Assembly: GCA_964385685.1 (NCBI GenBank)
Contig: CAYLQD010000003.1
Location: forward strand, 30,361-94,360
From: an uncultured Planctomycetota bacterium
Lineage (GTDB): Bacteria; Planctomycetota; PUPC01
Length of the DNA: 64,000 nucleotides
Direction: 5' to 3'
The position numbers and the translations under genes were made by a program. Below the pieces are notes generated by a model. That model saw nothing but the letters and a program-made list of their open reading frames with translations, was not told the origin of the DNA and made no database searches. Positions 59,538 through 64,000 of this stretch are shown here, piece by piece (the first letter of the stretch is position 1; each line of letters starts with the position of its first letter).

Positions 59538-60365
59538 CTAGAGGGCTGTGCCCTCGGGCAGCCAGGGCCGCTCCGCCCAAAACACCACGACTACTATCTT
59601 ACCGGTTTTGGGCTCCTGGTCAACCGCGACCAGACACTGCTCGCGCCCGCGCGAAAACGACAACAGCGCGTGGCCCGCGAAGTTCTCGGTCAGCGTCGCG
59701 CTCGATTCGGCGCGCTCGCGCCATCGGTGCTCGGCCATGCCGCTGCGGATGTCCTCGACGAGCCCGCTGGGCCGGCCCCATGCGTCGTAGAACGCGAGCA
59801 CCGAGTCGACCCCGCCGAGGTTTTCGATGCAGAGCACGCGCGTCGCGCGCGGCGGCTTCGGCACGCCGGGCGGCTCGCGGCCCGGCGCCTCGCCGCCCGC
59901 GCCCGCCGACCCCTCGGCCAACGGCATCGAGCCGACGAAATACTGCGACCCGCCCGACTCCGGCGTGTCGAACGCGACGACGCCGACAACGGCCCCGTCC
60001 TTCGTGCCATACGAGAGGACCGAGCAGCCCGAGCCGACGGACGAGAGCATCGGCATCTCCGACCGGCCGGCCGTGTCGGCCGCGCCGCGGCCGCGGTACT
60101 CGCGGATGACGTCCTCCGCCGGCAGGCGGGACCGATACTGTGCGAACCGCGCCTCGCTGCCGTTGAGCACGACGGGATACGAGCGAACGAACGTCGACCC
60201 GCGGACGGGCTCGAGCAGCGGATCGCCGGACCCGACGTGGTAGGCGTCGCGGCGGCCGCGGTCGATGAGCGCCCGGCCCTGGACCACGGCGACGGCGACG
60301 ATGGCCGCGGTCAGGAGCGCCATCAGGCCGACGCGCCGAAGCGTCCCGGGTTGGATGCGTCTCAT
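59538..60365 (-). CDS. Hypothetical membrane-anchored protein of the Tad locus
   Basis: GGAAGGAG RBS; N-terminal TM; no family recognised; embedded in the operon. Confidence 0.65.
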   Translation of the reverse strand: MRRIQPGTLRRVGLMALLTAAIVAVAVVQGRALIDRGRRDAYHVGSGDPLLEPVRGSTFVRSYPVVLNGSEARFAQYRSRLPAEDVIREYRGRGAADTAGRSEMPMLSSVGSGCSVLSYGTKDGAVVGVVAFDTPESGGSQYFVGSMPLAEGSAGAGGEAPGREPPGVPKPPRATRVLCIENLGGVDSVLAFYDAWGRPSGLVEDIRSGMAEHRWRERAESSATLTENFAGHALLSFSRGREQCLVAVDQEPKTGKIVVVVFWAERPWLPEGTAL

Positions 60366-60382
60366 GAGCCGACTCCTTCCGA

Positions 60383-61519
60383 TCAGTTCGGTTCCCAGAA
60401 TTGCTCGTCGCCGCCGAAGTTGGGGTAGTGCGGCAGCTCGCCCGAGCTGCGCATCTGCGTGTGCCCCGTCAGGGTGTCGATCTGGTGGCTGTCTCCGCCG
60501 GCCGGGTTCGTCACCTCGCGCCGCTTCGTGTCGCGGACCATCGACTGGAACTGCGTATTCAGCTCGACCTCGTCGAGCGCCCACTCCTCGATGTCGATGT
60601 AGTCGGGATGGTAGAGGTGCGTCATCTCGACGCGGTGGCGCTCGATCCAGTCCTGAAGCTCCTCGGTCGTGAGTTCCGGGATGTGATCGTCGAGCAGCCT
60701 GTGTGCCTGGACGTATTGCCCGTCGGCCGAGAGGCCCCGGCTGCTCCGCGTGGTGACGACAAACTGGATCTCGTCACCGACAAGCTTGTACTGCCCGGTC
60801 GCGACGGTCGAGTAGATGATCTCGCTCATGTCCTCGAACATCTCGCGGACCTCGCCGGGCTCGGGCACGTCGGCCGGACTGGCGGCGGACTCGGTCAGCG
60901 CGAGGTCGCCGTCGGTGTCGGCGTAGAATTGCTCGGTCACGGTGCCGCGGGCGGGCCCCGCCTCGCTCTGGTCGCCGGAGGCGTCCATGGCGTACTCGCC
61001 GCCGAAGTGCATGCGTTCCTTGTGGAGCGAGAGCCATCCGAGGTACATCATCGCGAAGATGATGAGCAGCAGCACGGGGAGCAGGATGACGAGTTCGACG
61101 GCGGCGCTGCCGCGGCGGCGGGCAGCGCGAGGTGACCGGCCGCGTTGGCGGGCAAGAATGCCCGCCCCACTGAACGGAACACGTCTTGGTCTGATGACAA
61201 GCCCCTTCCCCGGGGCCCCGACTGTGTCGGGGTCGCCGAAGGCGACAGGAGGCGGGTCAGGGGGCTTCTTGCGGCCTGCGGCGGGCTCGGCCCTCTCATG
61301 GGGGCCGAGCCCGTTGGCGTTTGCTTTCCGCAAACGCTCACGTCTCGCGGAGCATCTAGCTCTGCGAGACGCGGCCGCCCGGACGGAGTCCGGGCCACCC
61401 AACGATGAATCCCCGATGCGAGGGTGTCCGACGGAGCAAACACTGCTCGGGTGGGACCGACATTCCTGTCCGCCAGGAACAGCAGGCCGCCGACCGGTTT
61501 CACATCCTGTTACGCGCAT
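60383..61519 (-). CDS. TadE-like minor pilin (5' region contains an inverted REP-like pair; true start uncertain)
   Basis: RRRG|SAAVELVILLPVLLLIIFAMMYLG; the only in-frame start with an RBS (GAGGAG) is the ATG at 61519. Confidence 0.7.
   Translation of the reverse strand: MRVTGCETGRRPAVPGGQECRSHPSSVCSVGHPRIGDSSLGGPDSVRAAASRRARCSARRERLRKANANGLGPHERAEPAAGRKKPPDPPPVAFGDPDTVGAPGKGLVIRPRRVPFSGAGILARQRGRSPRAARRRGSAAVELVILLPVLLLIIFAMMYLGWLSLHKERMHFGGEYAMDASGDQSEAGPARGTVTEQFYADTDGDLALTESAASPADVPEPGEVREMFEDMSEIIYSTVATGQYKLVGDEIQFVVTTRSSRGLSADGQYVQAHRLLDDHIPELTTEELQDWIERHRVEMTHLYHPDYIDIEEWALDEVELNTQFQSMVRDTKRREVTNPAGGDSHQIDTLTGHTQMRSSGELPHYPNFGGDEQFWEPN
61147..61474. repeat. Inverted REP-like pair (REPIN-like) inside the TadE ORF
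   Basis: ggcgggcaagaatgcccgccccac (61147-61170) and gtgggaccgacattcctgtccgcc (61451-61474) are near reverse complements; internal hairpins. Confidence 0.55.
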
Positions 61520-61531
61520 CGGTCACGCTCC

Positions 61532-63790
61532 TCAGTGGTCGATGGCCTCGGGCAGGTCTTCGGACGTGTGGTCGAAGGCGTCGCCCTGGCGGTTTCGCAT
61601 GTCGCGGAACTTCGCGGCGACGTCGTCGCGTATGCGGCGGTGCTGGCTGTACTCATCCGGCGGGTCGGGGTCGTGCCAGGTCGCGCCGCCGCGGGTGTGC
61701 CCGAGCCAGGTGTACTGGCCGCCGGCGAGGCCGCGCCACATGAAGTTCGTCCCGGTGTCGGGCGGGACGATGTCGATGTGCTCGCCCTTGATCGCCTCGC
61801 GCGTCGACACGAGCACGGCCGTCCACACGGGCTCGTAGAGGTTCTGGTAGCTCCGCTCGACCCACACGTCCATCTCGTCGGTCGTCTCGAACGTCGTGCG
61901 CCACTCGGGCGAGCCGCCGCCGCTGTTGTCGAGGAAGGCGCAGCGCGCGCTCGCGACGGCGAAATAGCCCCACGACGGGTTCTCGAAGATGCGGATGCCG
62001 CGGTCGCCACGTTCGAGCATCGCGTTGTCTTTGTCGCGCCACACGGCGACGTTGATGCCGAACTTGAGGAAGTCGTCCGTCAGCCGCATCGGGCGCGGGA
62101 CCGCGTTCAGGTTGATGGTCACGTATTTCTTGTTGTCGCGGCCGAACATGTCGCTCGCGATCTTCCGCACGAACTCGTTGCCGTCGGCGTCGGTGTAGTT
62201 CGTCACGGCCGGGTCCCACGACTCGCGCGTCTGGTGGTAGGCGTCGTTCGAGACGAGGTTGCCGGTGACGGGGTTGTACCACTGCATCCACGCGGGCTGC
62301 GAGCCGCCCTGCCCGACAGGATCGTTGTCGTAGACGGCGTGGTGGGCGAGCCGCTGGATGCTGTCGGGGAAGAGATACGACGCGTTCGACACGTATTCGT
62401 AGATCCAGAAGTTGTCGTCGCGGTAGGGCCACTGGAGGCGGTGGCGGGTGCCGCGTTCGCTCAGGACGCGCCACCGGCCGTCGGCGTCGGCGGTCGTGAG
62501 GCCGTTGATCTCCAGGTGCGGCTGGGCGCCCATGTCGTCGATGACGAACGTCGCCGGGCCGACGCGCGCCATGATCCGCACGCTGTCGCGCCGGAGCTGA
62601 ATGCCCGTGTTCCCGATTGTCACGCGGTCGGGAATGTGATACGTCATCGAGCCGATATGGATCGTGTTGGGCAGGTCGAGGGTCGCGTTGCCCGGCAGGG
62701 CGATGGAGTTTGACTGCTGAACCGGGATCGTCTTGCCACCGACGGTGATCTCCTCGCGGAACCCGGGCACGGGCACCCATTCGGACCCGTCCCACGTCTC
62801 GAGGTGGCCGTCGGGCCCGCGTCGCACGCCGACCGACGCGCCCGGCGGGGTGACGGTGATCATGAAGCCACCGTCGCGGTACGGTTTGTACTGGACATCG
62901 ACGTCGTCGGAGACCGCGTGGATGGCCCAGCCGATCCCCTGGAGATACTGCGCGTTGACGTGGACCTCATCGGTCCCCGTCACGTGCGCGATGACGTGCG
63001 TGTCGGAGGGCCGCTCGATCTCGAGCGTGTTGTTGCCCGAGGTCAGGATGTAGTGGTTTGGGCCGAGCCGCTGCACTTCGATCTGGGCGCCGTCGCTGCT
63101 CGTGATGATCCAGTGGTAGTCGCCGACGCGGCGGATCTCGATCATGTAGCCGGTGTTCGACGTGATCTGCCAGCCGTTGTTCGGGTCGATCTGGTCGATG
63201 TCGAGCCGCAGGTATCCGTCGAGGTGCGGCTGGAACGTGAAGTCGGGGAAGAGGGCTAGCGCCTCGATGCCCTTGTCGGATCCGCCGACGTTGTGCATTG
63301 CGTTCATGACGGCCGTCCGGCGGATCTCGCGCTTGACGAGCTTGTCGCCGCTGAGGGCGATGGCCCGCTCCATCCGGCCGATGATGCCGAGCCACGTCCG
63401 CGAACGCGGGACCCACTCCTCGGCCTCCTGCATCGCGCGGTTGTAGCGGCCGACGGGATCGGGCACGCCGACGACTTCATCGGACGGATACGGCGGGCCC
63501 GTCTCCTTCATCTCGGCGAGCGTGCCGAACACCGTCACGTTCGTCGCGTAGCGGATCATGTTGTAGTAGATGTAGGCCATCCCGTCGTTGAGGAAGGCGA
63601 CGGTCGAGACGAGGTTGGCCTCGGCGAGCGCGCCGCTCCGGGCTGCGGCATCGGCCGCGTTCTGGACCTCGATCCGGTGCGACACGACCTGCCCGACGTT
63701 GAAGATCATCGCGGTGAACGTGACGAGGATGAAGAGCGAGATCGCGCCGAACACCATCGTCTGGCCGTTCGTGTCGCGGAGGAGTCTCAT
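61532..63790 (-). CDS. TadG-like pilus protein (752 aa) with a large beta-rich insertion
   Basis: DTNG|QTMVFGAISLFILV...IEVQNAADAAARSGA; closing VNVAVW...FAVASAR...WTAVLV; central Gly/Thr/Ile-rich beta segment. Confidence 0.8.
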   Translation of the reverse strand: MRLLRDTNGQTMVFGAISLFILVTFTAMIFNVGQVVSHRIEVQNAADAAARSGALAEANLVSTVAFLNDGMAYIYYNMIRYATNVTVFGTLAEMKETGPPYPSDEVVGVPDPVGRYNRAMQEAEEWVPRSRTWLGIIGRMERAIALSGDKLVKREIRRTAVMNAMHNVGGSDKGIEALALFPDFTFQPHLDGYLRLDIDQIDPNNGWQITSNTGYMIEIRRVGDYHWIITSSDGAQIEVQRLGPNHYILTSGNNTLEIERPSDTHVIAHVTGTDEVHVNAQYLQGIGWAIHAVSDDVDVQYKPYRDGGFMITVTPPGASVGVRRGPDGHLETWDGSEWVPVPGFREEITVGGKTIPVQQSNSIALPGNATLDLPNTIHIGSMTYHIPDRVTIGNTGIQLRRDSVRIMARVGPATFVIDDMGAQPHLEINGLTTADADGRWRVLSERGTRHRLQWPYRDDNFWIYEYVSNASYLFPDSIQRLAHHAVYDNDPVGQGGSQPAWMQWYNPVTGNLVSNDAYHQTRESWDPAVTNYTDADGNEFVRKIASDMFGRDNKKYVTINLNAVPRPMRLTDDFLKFGINVAVWRDKDNAMLERGDRGIRIFENPSWGYFAVASARCAFLDNSGGGSPEWRTTFETTDEMDVWVERSYQNLYEPVWTAVLVSTREAIKGEHIDIVPPDTGTNFMWRGLAGGQYTWLGHTRGGATWHDPDPPDEYSQHRRIRDDVAAKFRDMRNRQGDAFDHTSEDLPEAIDH

Positions 63791-63806
63791 CGCATTGCCC
63801 TCGCTC

Positions 63807-64000
63807 TCACAGGTCCGGGATGACCGGGTGCCCGTCGACGCCCCGCATCTCTTCGTCCCACGGCACGGGCCGCGTGTAGGTGCTGCGCAGGATGATGTGC
63901 GGCGCGCCCGCGAATGTCTCGAACAGGCCCTCGGGTATGTGGTCCGGATCGTGCGGCTCCGATATCGGCGTGAAGAGCATGTTGACCACCGGCACGACCA
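63807..64000 (-). CDS. C-terminal part of an upstream Tad-locus gene (probably TadE-like)
   Basis: Open frame from the window edge to a TGA 16 bp before the TadG start; ...PVVNMLF...ILRSTYTRPVPW. Confidence 0.45.
   Translation of the reverse strand, partial: VVPVVNMLFTPISEPHDPDHIPEGLFETFAGAPHIILRSTYTRPVPWDEEMRGVDGHPVIPDL

Noticed and set aside
61300-61345. c-di-GMP riboswitch within the Tad locus (cgtttgcggaaagcaaacg hairpin)
   Set aside because: Only a GNRA-capped hairpin inside the REPIN-like segment; the other conserved riboswitch elements were not recognisable.

Overview
GC-rich bacterial chromosome segment, most likely Planctomycetota (inferred from a LEPR-XLL surface protein, a PEP-CTERM protein, a GFTLIELL prepilin-type protein, a Hanks-type kinase, a short PheT and the order dnaN-DUF721-gyrB). 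Housekeeping blocks (pheT, dnaN, gyrB, tRNA-Lys, frr-pyrH-tsf-rpsB, pcrA) alternate with accessory genes. Three things stand out. (1) A visibly AT-richer ~6 kb region directly downstream of tRNA-Lys (about 23.7-29.7 kb) in which unrelated lipoprotein, ankyrin, TPR and LRR genes sit behind five copies of the same ~58-bp imperfectly palindromic element, like a gene-cassette array with no integrase in view. (2) A Tad/Flp pilus locus (50.7-64 kb, running off the window end) whose CpaF/TadA ATPase carries an N-terminal FHA domain and which includes two more FHA proteins, DUF192 and a 752-aa TadG-like protein, reminiscent of the Kil contact-killing Tad system of Myxococcus. (3) Several families of miniature non-autonomous elements (MITE/REP-like), two with clear target-site duplications, including a stack of three between tadA and tadB. 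Start codons were refined by eye from RBS and homology cues; all family calls come from motif recognition, not database searches.
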